This document shows positions 40,794 through 49,019 of a stretch of DNA of 64,000 bases, piece after piece. Position 1 is the stretch's first letter. Each line of letters starts with the position of its first letter. Below the pieces are notes generated by a model. That model was not told the origin of the DNA. It saw only the letters and a list, made by a program, of their open reading frames with translations, and did not search any database. This stretch comes from Candidatus Bathyarchaeia archaeon (GTDB lineage: Archaea; Thermoproteota; Bathyarchaeia; Bathyarchaeales; Bathycorpusculaceae): contig JAVZLK010000001.1 in assembly GCA_038883795.1 (NCBI GenBank), positions 128,001 through 192,000 on the forward strand, read 5' to 3'. A program made the position numbers and the translations under genes.

Positions 40794-41165
40794 TTATAAT
40801 CCAAGAAACTTGAAGGCAAAATATAAAGCCAAATAAACCACAGCGGAAATCCCAAAAATCACGACAATGATTTTTGGAGAAATCGAAATAAAAGGAGTCT
40901 CTTCGCCTTTAGGCTGTATCTCATACTCTTTAATGATGTGTGTTTCAGCGTCAACCTTAACCAAAGCTAAAAACTTTTTCATCTCCACCTCCACTGTGTA
41001 AATTCCTTCTTCCAGTGAAACCCTTTTTGGTTTTAGGCTGCCCTTATTTCCAATTCTCTTAAGAAAACCAGTAGCAATAGCTGTCACAGTTTCAGCATTC
41101 AATTCTCTCGTCTGAGGCGTAGCAGATGTAAGAGCGCTAGGCGCTTTTCTCTGCAAGGTTGCCAA
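40794..41165 (-). CDS. Hypothetical protein with C-terminal TM anchor (PepSY-like segment)
   Basis: YTVEV..VKVDAETHII pattern followed by a hydrophobic C-terminal helix. Confidence 0.55.
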   Translation of the reverse strand: MATLQRKAPSALTSATPQTRELNAETVTAIATGFLKRIGNKGSLKPKRVSLEEGIYTVEVEMKKFLALVKVDAETHIIKEYEIQPKGEETPFISISPKIIVVIFGISAVVYLALYFAFKFLGL

Positions 41166-41243
41166 TTATGCTGTCTCCTATGTCGGTTTATACAAACTAT
41201 CTAGATGTTTAAAAGAGCATGTGCGTATCATTGTTAACCAACC

Positions 41244-41642
41244 TTAACCAGTTACGTTCTTGAGCATGCACTGCACTATGTTTCCGCACATCATACACTC
41301 TTCTGGGATTTTCTCTTTTGTTTTACGCTCGCTTAAATATCCAAAATGATGAGCACACCCTTGTATTTTAGGCGGTGCTTGCAAAGTTTCCTTTTCTTTT
41401 GGAGGCTTTACCTCTTGAGTCTTAACGCCCACTTCTACCTCTGGTTTTTGACCTGTTTCAATTATTGGAATGTTTTTTCCCACGGTGATTTCTGTTAAGC
41501 AGTATGGGCACGCATCATACTTTTTGGCATGTTTTAGGTTTAAATTTTCAGCTTTAATGGGCGCTGTAAACACTTTTCCGCAAGATGGGTTTGGGCAGAT
41601 GTAGGTTTGGTTATGGGGCGCGTTATCTTTCTTTTTTGTGAT
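41244..41642 (-). CDS. Multi-zinc-finger hypothetical protein
   Basis: CPNPSC..CPYC and C.HHFGYL..CMMC..C; frame is open upstream of the GTG at 41573 to an ATC after GGAGG, which adds the first Cys pair. Confidence 0.6.
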   Translation of the reverse strand: MTKKKDNAPHNQTYICPNPSCGKVFTAPIKAENLNLKHAKKYDACPYCLTEITVGKNIPIIETGQKPEVEVGVKTQEVKPPKEKETLQAPPKIQGCAHHFGYLSERKTKEKIPEECMMCGNIVQCMLKNVTG

Positions 41643-41742
41643 TTTTGACCCTCCTTTAACATAGAATCGGATTCCGAGTTTATAGTGTTAATGAATCCAA
41701 AATTAATATCGTGAATATCCGCCCAAAATTACATTAAAAAAT

Positions 41743-42321
41743 TTATGGAGAAGCTAACTTTTTTAGGTCTTCCTCGCCCTCCGCATATCCAGAAGCTATC
41801 AAAATGTCGTCTACCAGAATTTTGGTTTCAGGCTTTGGTCTTATACATCTGCCTCCTCTTCTTATGGCGAGAACCCACATTCCAGTTTCTTCATGGACTT
41901 TAGCGTCTCGCAATGTTTTGTTTACAAGAGGAGAGTTTTCTGACACCTTTACATACGTAACGGTTTCTTTTGCTTCTTCTATCGTCAATTTCAGCACTGG
42001 GTGGGGCTCTATTTCTCTCAAAACAACCTCAGCTATTTCTGCTGCAGCATCGGCTATTTTTTCGGTTACAACGCCTAATCTTATCAGCCCCAAGAAACCT
42101 TTAGCTTCTTCCTTTTTAAAACCGCTTGACAGCACAAGTAATTCAAAATCCGTGTGCAATTTGTCCACATACTCTTCTAATTTCTGAACTTCTTCAGCCA
42201 ATTCCTTACTATTCATCAGCAATGACGAGTAAGCTAAATCCATCATAAGCTCTGAAGTGTCTTTAAGCTCGACAAACTTTTCCACTATTTCCTCAAATCT
42301 TCGGCTAGACTTTACTGACAT
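41743..42321 (-). CDS. PhoU-like + TrkA-C (RCK-C) protein
   Basis: LKDTSELMMDLAYSS..EKIADAA; C-terminal GMWVLAIRRG..P..DILI. Confidence 0.85.
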   Translation of the reverse strand: MSVKSSRRFEEIVEKFVELKDTSELMMDLAYSSLLMNSKELAEEVQKLEEYVDKLHTDFELLVLSSGFKKEEAKGFLGLIRLGVVTEKIADAAAEIAEVVLREIEPHPVLKLTIEEAKETVTYVKVSENSPLVNKTLRDAKVHEETGMWVLAIRRGGRCIRPKPETKILVDDILIASGYAEGEEDLKKLASP

Positions 42322-42324
42322 AGG

Positions 42325-42933
42325 TTAAGCCCCCCATTTAAGCCGTTTCCCCTCACAAAATTCTCTAAACTCTTTTAAGCCCTCAGGAGCCCCACGGGCT
42401 ATGATAATGTCACCTACTTTAATTTTCTCTGTTTCCTTGGGGTCGATTACCCAGTCCTTGTCTCTGCGAATTGCAATTATGTCAACACCCATTTCTGCCG
42501 CCAATTTCAATTCGCCTATCGATTTTCCAACAAGTATGGAATTATTCATTATCTCAACTCTGATTAGGCGCTCTTCAACTTTTTCAAAAATTTCTCCAAT
42601 TATAGGGTGTATGCCAATCTTTTGGGTAACGATGGCTGCTATATCAGCAGCTGCATCGGATATCTTGTCAGCGGCGGAAGCAACTGTTGAAACACCTGTC
42701 AGGGCCTCAGCGTCTTCGGGATCTCTTGCGGCAAGCATTATTGTCATGTCCAATTGATAAGCTAGGGTGTCAACGCGCTTTTCAAGTTCCAAAACATCTT
42801 CAGCAAGATCTTTATCATTAAACAAAGCTGCCGAATATGCCAAATCGATCATCAATTCAGATAGGTTCTTCATTTCAAGGAAAAGTTCTCGGACGGGGAT
42901 TGGTTGATATTCAATCTTCTCGAAACGAGGCAT
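42325..42933 (-). CDS. PhoU-like + TrkA-C (RCK-C) protein, paralog of the next gene
   Basis: MKNLSELMIDLAYSA..DKISDAA; GVDIIAIRR..P..GDIIIARG. Confidence 0.85.
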   Translation of the reverse strand: MPRFEKIEYQPIPVRELFLEMKNLSELMIDLAYSAALFNDKDLAEDVLELEKRVDTLAYQLDMTIMLAARDPEDAEALTGVSTVASAADKISDAAADIAAIVTQKIGIHPIIGEIFEKVEERLIRVEIMNNSILVGKSIGELKLAAEMGVDIIAIRRDKDWVIDPKETEKIKVGDIIIARGAPEGLKEFREFCEGKRLKWGA

Positions 42934-42991
42934 ATTGTTAAAGTCGCTCCAACCATCACTATAATAAAAGTTTTTGATTATTATCCTTTTC

Positions 42992-44188
42992 TTAAAATTC
43001 GCCTACTAGAAACAGGGCTACAAGCAAAGCAATGGTTGTGATACTGTCTGCAAGGGAACTTTCAATGGGAATAACAAAGTTGTCTGGGTCTAACCCTTTT
43101 TGAAAGGTTAAGATTGCCACAGCAAATGATATTATGATAATTGCCGACACTGCAATTAAATTGGCTATAAGTAAGAGAGTTGTGAACCCAAGAAAGGCGG
43201 AAGGCGAGAGCATATTGTTTATGGAAAGCGATAAAGCCGAAAATAAAACAAAGTAAACAACAGCAGAAGCCCAAGCTGCAAAAATCTGTTGAGAATGGTT
43301 TCGCATAGCAGTAAAAGAAGGTTTAAGCAAACCTAAAGCGAGCTTTGTTGTGGCTGTAGAACCCACAACAGAACCCACATCTCCTACAGTATCAATTAGG
43401 GCGGGGTAGACGCTATAAATCTCTTTGCGTCCTTCTACAATAATGCTTATTCTATTAAGCACAGTTCCGGTGATGTTAACGATAAAAGCCACAATTAACA
43501 GTGTAGCTAAAGATTCTTTCAAAGTTTTAATAAACTCGTTTGTCTTAAAATCTCGCAAAACAAGATACAATGTCAAAAATATATGGAAAAACATGACGAA
43601 AACAACGGCATATTTAGAAAAACCGTATAAAACAAGCACAAAAATGTAGCACATCGTTATAAATATGTCAGCAACGGTCGACATTATTGGATATTCAATA
43701 ACATCCGGGTCTAAACCCTTCTTAAATGTTGTAAAACCAACACCCATCGTAATAAAAGAAAGAATAAGCCCAAAAGTCATGGTTGAAACCACAGCCGCAA
43801 AAATATCAAAGAAAACATCGGAAGATATTCCCCAAAAAACACTCCCAAAAAACATTGAAACACAACTCATAAAAATGCTGGTCTCCAAAGTTAGAACAAT
43901 AATCGCATCAAACAAAACATAAAAACTCTTTGTATTTCCAAAAAACTTTGGATAAATTGTACCAAGATGCAATGCGGTACCCAAGCGTCCACTAAACAAT
44001 CCGCTTATCATCCCCCGCGCACTTAAGATTGTTGGATAAACAGCTATAGCCCAAGGATAAGATTGGAAAACATTAAAGCAATAAGCCACAAGAAAACCAG
44101 CGATTACACCGCCAAAATCGAAAGCATACGCTATTAAAGTCTCTTTAAAAGCTTTAAAAAACGCTTTATGATCTTCATAACTTGTCAT
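42992..44188 (-). CDS. MgtE/SLC41-type divalent cation transporter (duplicated membrane domain)
   Basis: Two repeats ending KGLDPD..P..(T/S)xAD; no CBS domains. Confidence 0.88.
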   Translation of the reverse strand: MTSYEDHKAFFKAFKETLIAYAFDFGGVIAGFLVAYCFNVFQSYPWAIAVYPTILSARGMISGLFSGRLGTALHLGTIYPKFFGNTKSFYVLFDAIIVLTLETSIFMSCVSMFFGSVFWGISSDVFFDIFAAVVSTMTFGLILSFITMGVGFTTFKKGLDPDVIEYPIMSTVADIFITMCYIFVLVLYGFSKYAVVFVMFFHIFLTLYLVLRDFKTNEFIKTLKESLATLLIVAFIVNITGTVLNRISIIVEGRKEIYSVYPALIDTVGDVGSVVGSTATTKLALGLLKPSFTAMRNHSQQIFAAWASAVVYFVLFSALSLSINNMLSPSAFLGFTTLLLIANLIAVSAIIIISFAVAILTFQKGLDPDNFVIPIESSLADSITTIALLVALFLVGEF

Positions 44189-44234
44189 CGGCTAAAAGCC
44201 TCCTTCTCTAAAACTCCACCAGCAAAATTACTGA

Positions 44235-44376
44235 GAAGAGACTCTACGGATAGGATTGTTTGCCTACTAGCCACATGGAGGGTTACCTCTGTTATAGGCT
44301 GCTGTGTTAGAAAATGAAGAACGTCCATGAAGAGAATGATGGCTAGCCTCATCCTGCGCACCTTCTGAGTCTTTTC
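44235..44376 (-). ncRNA. Candidate structured 5' leader of the MgtE operon
   Basis: Four nested complementary segments: GAAAAGACUC/GAGUCUCUUC, AGGAU/AUCCU, GCUAGCCA/UGGCUAGU, CAUGGA/UCCAUG. Confidence 0.45.
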
Positions 44377-44540
44377 GTCCTCCGTCCACTTCAATGTCCA
44401 CTCTCATGTGTTCGCTCTTAAACCCTAAACAGTGGCACTATATTGCTTAAATAGATTTCCAACAAGGCTTATGAAAAATTCGTATTTAAAATTCATAATG
44501 GTTTTAATTTTTCAAATCCTAACCCTTCGCCATATCAAAG

Positions 44541-44738
44541 GTGAAAAGCGTGTATATAATATGGGTAAAAATTGATGAAACCTTGCCAAAAATTGAACTG
44601 AAAGGTGAATACCAAACAAAACGGGAAGCAAAAATGGCAGCAAAACAAGCTATAAGCAACATAAAAGTCGAAATCGTAAATGCCTCGCAAAAACGAGATT
44701 ATATAAAACCATTAGCGACAGCAAAGGCTATACGCTGA
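44541..44738 (+). CDS. Small hypothetical protein
   Basis: 65-aa GTG-start ORF; no recognised family. Confidence 0.4.
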   Translation: MKSVYIIWVKIDETLPKIELKGEYQTKREAKMAAKQAISNIKVEIVNASQKRDYIKPLATAKAIR

Positions 44739-44753
44739 AACCAATTTTCCATT

Positions 44754-45143
44754 TCAAACGGAACGTTCGCATATTGAACATTTGCATGTTTTCAAAGCTG
44801 GCAAGTCTTTTTGATGTAGTTCGCAGATAATCTCCTCAGACCTTATCTTGGCACATATATCACATAATTGTTCTACAACTCCCTCTATTGAGGCATCACC
44901 TTTAGCTAATGTGTTTGCAAGCTTTGAAACTCCCTTCATCACCTCTTCGGAATGCCCTATTTCCTCTAAAAGCACTGATCCTCTTTCTCCCTTTAAATAT
45001 TGGGTTATTGCCGCAGGCGTTAACTCCATTTTTGTGGATGCGTCAATTTTGCGCATGTTATACTTTTCCATTAGTTCTTTCATTACTAGCACTCTGATTG
45101 CTGGGAGGACATGCTTAACTATGATTACGCATGGTGGTTTCAT
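44754..45143 (-). CDS. HTH transcriptional regulator with C-terminal Cys/His cluster
   Basis: MKPPC..VLPAIR..LTPAAITQYLKGERG..C..C..ICELH..C.C..C. Confidence 0.85.
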   Translation of the reverse strand: MKPPCVIIVKHVLPAIRVLVMKELMEKYNMRKIDASTKMELTPAAITQYLKGERGSVLLEEIGHSEEVMKGVSKLANTLAKGDASIEGVVEQLCDICAKIRSEEIICELHQKDLPALKTCKCSICERSV

Positions 45144-45184
45144 TTTTGTTTCCCTATTTTTCTTTATGCAGTAAGCTTATATAT

Positions 45185-45218
45185 TTTTAACGGCGTTAAT
45201 TATTTAACACTGTTAAAA
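45185..45218. promoter_or_regulatory. Tandem palindromic operator TTAAC-N3-GTTAA (two copies)
   Basis: TTAACGGCGTTAA 45187-45199 and TTAACACTGTTAA 45204-45216, between the divergent regulator and the serK-cysK genes. Confidence 0.6.
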
Positions 45219-45227
45219 GGGCCAACT

Positions 45228-45650
45228 ATGATACAAACCAAACTAAAAATAGTCAAACTAAACAAACTAAAACAGCACGAAGAAGTCGACCCTACACACC
45301 TAAAAGAGTTAAAAAAAGAAATAGCCTCAGATAAAATTTTAAAGTTCGCCATAGCCGCCGACAAAAACACAAACATCATCCTCGATGGACAACATAGGTT
45401 CAACGCCATCAAAGAATTAGGATGCAAACGCATCCCAGTAGTCTACGTTGACTACAACTCACCAGAAATAGAAGTTCAAAGCTGGAAGGGCAATCCGCAT
45501 TTGACTAAAAAAGACGTAGTCGAAGCTGGCTTAAGCGGAAGAAAATTCCCACCAAAAACCTCAAAGCATATGGTAAGAATTGGCAGCACCCTCCACCATA
45601 TATCAGTCATCGAGAAACGTGTCGACATTCCACTAGAAAAGTTAAGGTGA
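45228..45650 (+). CDS. ParB/Srx-fold protein, probable free-serine kinase (SerK-like)
   Basis: LKQHEE..ILDGQHR..IPVVYVDY..TKKDVV..FPPKTSKH; 7 bp upstream of cysteine synthase. Confidence 0.7.
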   Translation: MIQTKLKIVKLNKLKQHEEVDPTHLKELKKEIASDKILKFAIAADKNTNIILDGQHRFNAIKELGCKRIPVVYVDYNSPEIEVQSWKGNPHLTKKDVVEAGLSGRKFPPKTSKHMVRIGSTLHHISVIEKRVDIPLEKLR

Positions 45651-45657
45651 TTTAAAA

Positions 45658-46575
45658 ATGATTGTGGCGGATGACATAACCCAACTTATCGGCAAAACCC
45701 CTATGGTAAAAATAAATAGGCTTACTGGACCAAACGATGCCACGGTTTATGCAAAATTAGAATGGTACAACATTGGCGGTTCAGTTAAAGATAGGATGGC
45801 TTTGTACTTAATAGAATATGCGGAAGCAGCCGGCAAAATCACTAAAGATAAGAAAATCTTGGAAGCAACGTCAGGAAACACTGGAATAGCGTTAGCTATG
45901 ATAGCAGCTGCAAAGGGCTACAAAATATGCATTGTAATGCCAGAATCCGTAAGCATCGAAAGAAGAAAAATCTTAGAAGCATACGGAGCCGAACTAATCC
46001 TATCGCCGGGCGAAAAGGGAACAGGTGGAGCCATAGAACTTAAACAAAAACTTCTCCAACAACATCCAAACGAATACATAAATCTAGACCAATTTAAAGA
46101 TCCAGCAAACATCCTCGCTCACTACCAAACAACGGGAAAAGAAATTCTCGAGCAAACCAAAGGCAAATTAGACATGATTGTTGTAGGGGTTGGAACAGCG
46201 GGCACAGGCGTAGGAGTTTCCCTACGAGTCAAAGGCTATAACCCAAACATAAAAATAGTTGGCGTAATGCCAAGCCTAGGCGTAAAAATCCAAGGATTAA
46301 GGAACCCAAAGGAACCCTATCCCACACAGCTTTTTAGACCAGAATGTTTTGACGAAATTGTCGAGATTTCGGAAAGTGAGGTGTCAAAAACTTTTGAAGT
46401 GGCACGAAGGACTGCGAAGGAAGAAGGATTACTTATTGGTATGAGTTCAGGAGCAATCCTATACATCGCATTGAAAAAAGCCAAAGAACTTGGTAAAGGG
46501 AAGACAATAGTGGCAGTTCTTCCAGATTCAGGAGAAAAATATCTAAGCACATCACTATTCAAAGGAATAACTTAA
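45658..46575 (+). CDS. cysK: Cysteine synthase (PLP; O-phosphoserine/O-acetylserine sulfhydrylase)
   Basis: IGKTP, GGSVKDR, EATSGNTG, GVGTAGT, IQGL, GMSSGA, PDSGEKYLST. Confidence 0.93.
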   Translation: MIVADDITQLIGKTPMVKINRLTGPNDATVYAKLEWYNIGGSVKDRMALYLIEYAEAAGKITKDKKILEATSGNTGIALAMIAAAKGYKICIVMPESVSIERRKILEAYGAELILSPGEKGTGGAIELKQKLLQQHPNEYINLDQFKDPANILAHYQTTGKEILEQTKGKLDMIVVGVGTAGTGVGVSLRVKGYNPNIKIVGVMPSLGVKIQGLRNPKEPYPTQLFRPECFDEIVEISESEVSKTFEVARRTAKEEGLLIGMSSGAILYIALKKAKELGKGKTIVAVLPDSGEKYLSTSLFKGIT

Positions 46576-46708
46576 ACCAAAAGCGCCGGGAATGGTTTAC
46601 ATCTCGGTTTAAATTCTCGGTAAATCCTTCTTCTATAGAGCGCCGATGTAGGTTCTGAGGTTAAATTCCAACCCACCGAGAGCTTCATGTGTCTCCCGCG
46701 TAAAAGTT

Positions 46709-46789
46709 CTAGTGTCGTCTTTTCTTTCTTCTAAACTTCCTTTTTTGCTGCTTCGCAACCTTGGCCTCACGACGCCTCTTAGAACCCAC
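46709..46789 (-). CDS. 26-aa highly basic peptide (MGSKRRREAKVAKQQKRKFRRKKRRH)
   Basis: Read by hand; GTG start (in-frame TTG just upstream); 24 bp downstream of the RHH gene. Confidence 0.4.
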   Translation of the reverse strand: MGSKRRREAKVAKQQKRKFRRKKRRH

Positions 46790-46813
46790 CAACCATCTTC
46801 ACTCTTCATATAT

Positions 46814-46951
46814 TTATTCGGCGACCCATGTTTTTACAGCTTCTTCGACAGCTCTGGATAGGTCGCCCTTTTTCCCGCCGAATCTCTCAATGGCCTTTAA
46901 TCTGAGCTTCTTTTCCAGCTCATCTGGAATATCCACGCATATCCGGCCCAT
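46814..46951 (-). CDS. Ribbon-helix-helix (CopG-like) DNA-binding protein, 45 aa
   Basis: MGRICVDIPDELEKKLRLKAIERFGGKKGDLSRAVEEAVKTWVAE; GGTGA SD; below the ORF-track size cutoff. Confidence 0.8.
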   Translation of the reverse strand: MGRICVDIPDELEKKLRLKAIERFGGKKGDLSRAVEEAVKTWVAE

Positions 46952-47172
46952 TTCAATCACCAAACTTAATTTTTCTGACACGATTCGCACGTGCTAGATG
47001 TTCTTCCAATAAGCAAATTGCCAGATACCAAGTATTCCCTTCATTTTTGTTATCATCTTTTTTCACCTTAATTTGCTTATCCGCATTATATATTATGTCA
47101 TTACTAACTTATAAGGATAGCTGTTTAAGCATTTACGCGCTAAATTACATGTGCGCTTGAAAATAAGTTTAA

Positions 47173-47616
47173 ATGTGTTTGTGCTTTATTGAAATGCTAG
47201 GATTTATGATGAGCAAATTGACCACGGCTGAGGTGAAAGTTAGTAAAGTTATGACTAAAAATCTGATTACTGTTTTCCTTGGCAGTATGGTAGAGGAAGC
47301 TGTGAGGAAGATGATTGACTTTGATGTTGAATGCCTTCCCGTCGTTGATTCAAAAGGAATATTACATGGCTTACTCACTTTTAGAGACATAGTGACGAAA
47401 GTTATTTACTCACAAGCTGATGTAAGAAGGCTTAAAGTTGAAGACATAATGGCTAAAGACTTAGTGACTTGTAATCTTAGCTGCACGGTTCTTGACGTTG
47501 TAAAAATAATGAAGAACAAACATCTTAGGCGGATTCCAGTAGTAAACGCCAAAAACAAACTTATGGGACTGGTTACAGATTTTGATTTAGCATTGTTTGG
47601 ATGGGACTTCAAATAA
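47173..47616 (+). CDS. CBS-domain-pair protein
   Basis: VSKVMTK..LPVVD..GLLTFRDI..VEDIM..RRIPVV..GLVTDFDL; true start probably near 47207. Confidence 0.88.
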   Translation: MCLCFIEMLGFMMSKLTTAEVKVSKVMTKNLITVFLGSMVEEAVRKMIDFDVECLPVVDSKGILHGLLTFRDIVTKVIYSQADVRRLKVEDIMAKDLVTCNLSCTVLDVVKIMKNKHLRRIPVVNAKNKLMGLVTDFDLALFGWDFK

Positions 47617-47631
47617 GTTTTGCACAGAGGG

Positions 47632-48599
47632 CTAAAAAGCTTCAACTTTATTCTTAAAAGGTGCGACTCTTTTTGCAACTTTAAACATTCTAAGCCATTC
47701 CGTATCAGATAAAAACAATCCCACATATGCTCCAGCGTTGCAGGCTATTCCACATCTTTCGCATATGGGTTTCATTCCATTCTCGTCTGTGTTAGATATG
47801 ACACAAGATTGTTTTATTTTGCCGCTGCTATCCAAATTTACAAAAAACCAGTTTGGACAATTTGCAGTCCATTTTCCATCTCTGAATAGGTTTAATTGTT
47901 TCGATGTATTAGCAATAAAATCCGGATATCTTTCTTTTATTTTTAATAACTTACCTATGGTATTATTTCTTAGTTTTCCATAAGGCAACCATAATTTATC
48001 ATTATAAGAGAAAGGTGTATGAAATTGAAATGTGAAAGCTCTGGCGAAACTGTACCATTCATTGACAACATCTTCTATGCATTTATAGTTTAAACTGTTT
48101 ATCGTCATGTTAATGACCGCATCCACTTCTGGATGGTCAAGAACGTTTTGTTTCACCTTACTGTATATTTTCATACCTCTGATTGCATCGTGAATACTTT
48201 CTATTCCATCTATTGAAATGAAATATCCTGCACCAAAATCGACTAATGGCAACGTCCCATTTGTCACTATAGTGACATAGCGCCATTTCATCTCGCTTAG
48301 AATGGCCTTAATAACGTCTGGTCTAAGAAGTGGTTCGCCGCCGGTTAGACTAATGGACATTACATCGTTTTTTATGAATTTTTCCCTTACGACATTTCTC
48401 CATTCATCAGCACTTAATTCTTTGCGTGGCGTCCTGTTCAGCCACCAGTAACAATGTTTACATTTTAGATTGCAAAAATTTGTAATGTCAGCGGAACCAA
48501 ATATTGGTAATTTTTTCTTTAAATATTTTATTTGAATTATTTTATAAGCAACTTTTGTAACGCCAACTAGTTTTTCAAATTAGAAGACCCGCGCGCCAT
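47632..48599 (-). pseudogene. Radical SAM protein with apparent 5' frameshift
   Basis: CNLKCKHC, TGGEP and TNGT are in frame with ORF 47632..48360; the ATG at 48599 is out of frame across an A5 run (T5 at 48571-48575 on +). Confidence 0.65.
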
Positions 48600-48631
48600 T
48601 AATTTCTGGTAAATGCTTTCAAGAAGTATAT

Positions 48632-48745
48632 TTACCTTCTCTTCTGTTTCTTTCCACCACGAGCCCTTCTAGTTTGATGCCCCCTCGCTTTCTTACGGCG
48701 AGCGCTCTCTTTGGCTTTTCTAAGGGAATCCTGTTCTCTACTCAT
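48632..48745 (-). CDS. 37-aa highly basic peptide (MSREQDSLRKAKESARRKKARGHQTRRARGGKKQKRR)
   Basis: Read by hand; ATG preceded by GTGAAGGA; lies between tRNA-Ser and the radical SAM gene. Confidence 0.45.
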   Translation of the reverse strand: MSREQDSLRKAKESARRKKARGHQTRRARGGKKQKRR

Positions 48746-48864
48746 GTTCCTTCACTTCATCTCTCTCAAAATATCAACAGCATCCTTCTCAAAAACCTTC
48801 TGTTAAAAGTACAAGTCTGCTTTTTTCCTACTCGTATCAAGTTACATTAATGGTTCGGCATAAG

Positions 48865-48984
48865 CGCCGGGGAAGGGATTCGAACCCTTGCGAGCCCGAA
48901 GGCCCACTGGCTTACTTGCCCTATTCTAGCCCTTATTCTGTTTTGATCTCGAGGCCAGCGCGTTAACCACTCCGCCACCCCGGC
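48865..48984 (-). tRNA. tRNA-Ser(CGA) with 35-nt intron at 37/38 (48913-48947)
   Basis: GCCGGGG acceptor stem, CTGGC-CT-CGA-G^intron^A-GCCAG, long variable arm GGGCCTTCGGGCTC, GGTTCGAATCC. Confidence 0.92.
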
Positions 48985-49019
48985 AAACGGATTTAGGTTG
49001 CTTGTATTCTAAAAGGGTT

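Larger units (their letters stand above)
46581..48871. mobile_element. Possible degenerate islet downstream of tRNA-Ser
   Basis: AAGCGCCGGG at 46581-46590 repeats the tRNA-Ser 3' end at 48862-48871, with partial similarity beyond; accessory cargo; no integrase. Confidence 0.4.

Noticed and set aside
41743-44188. MgtE-type gene plus two PhoU/TrkA-C genes as a novel operon
   Set aside because: This combination is, to my knowledge, common in archaea; only its leader was kept as a finding.
45228-45650. ParB-fold gene as a chromosome-partition protein
   Set aside because: It has no HTH or dimerisation domain and no ParA neighbour; coupling to cysK favours a serine kinase.
46761-46997. 78-aa plus-strand ORF
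   Set aside because: It is the antisense shadow of the RHH gene, which has a clear SD and family pattern.
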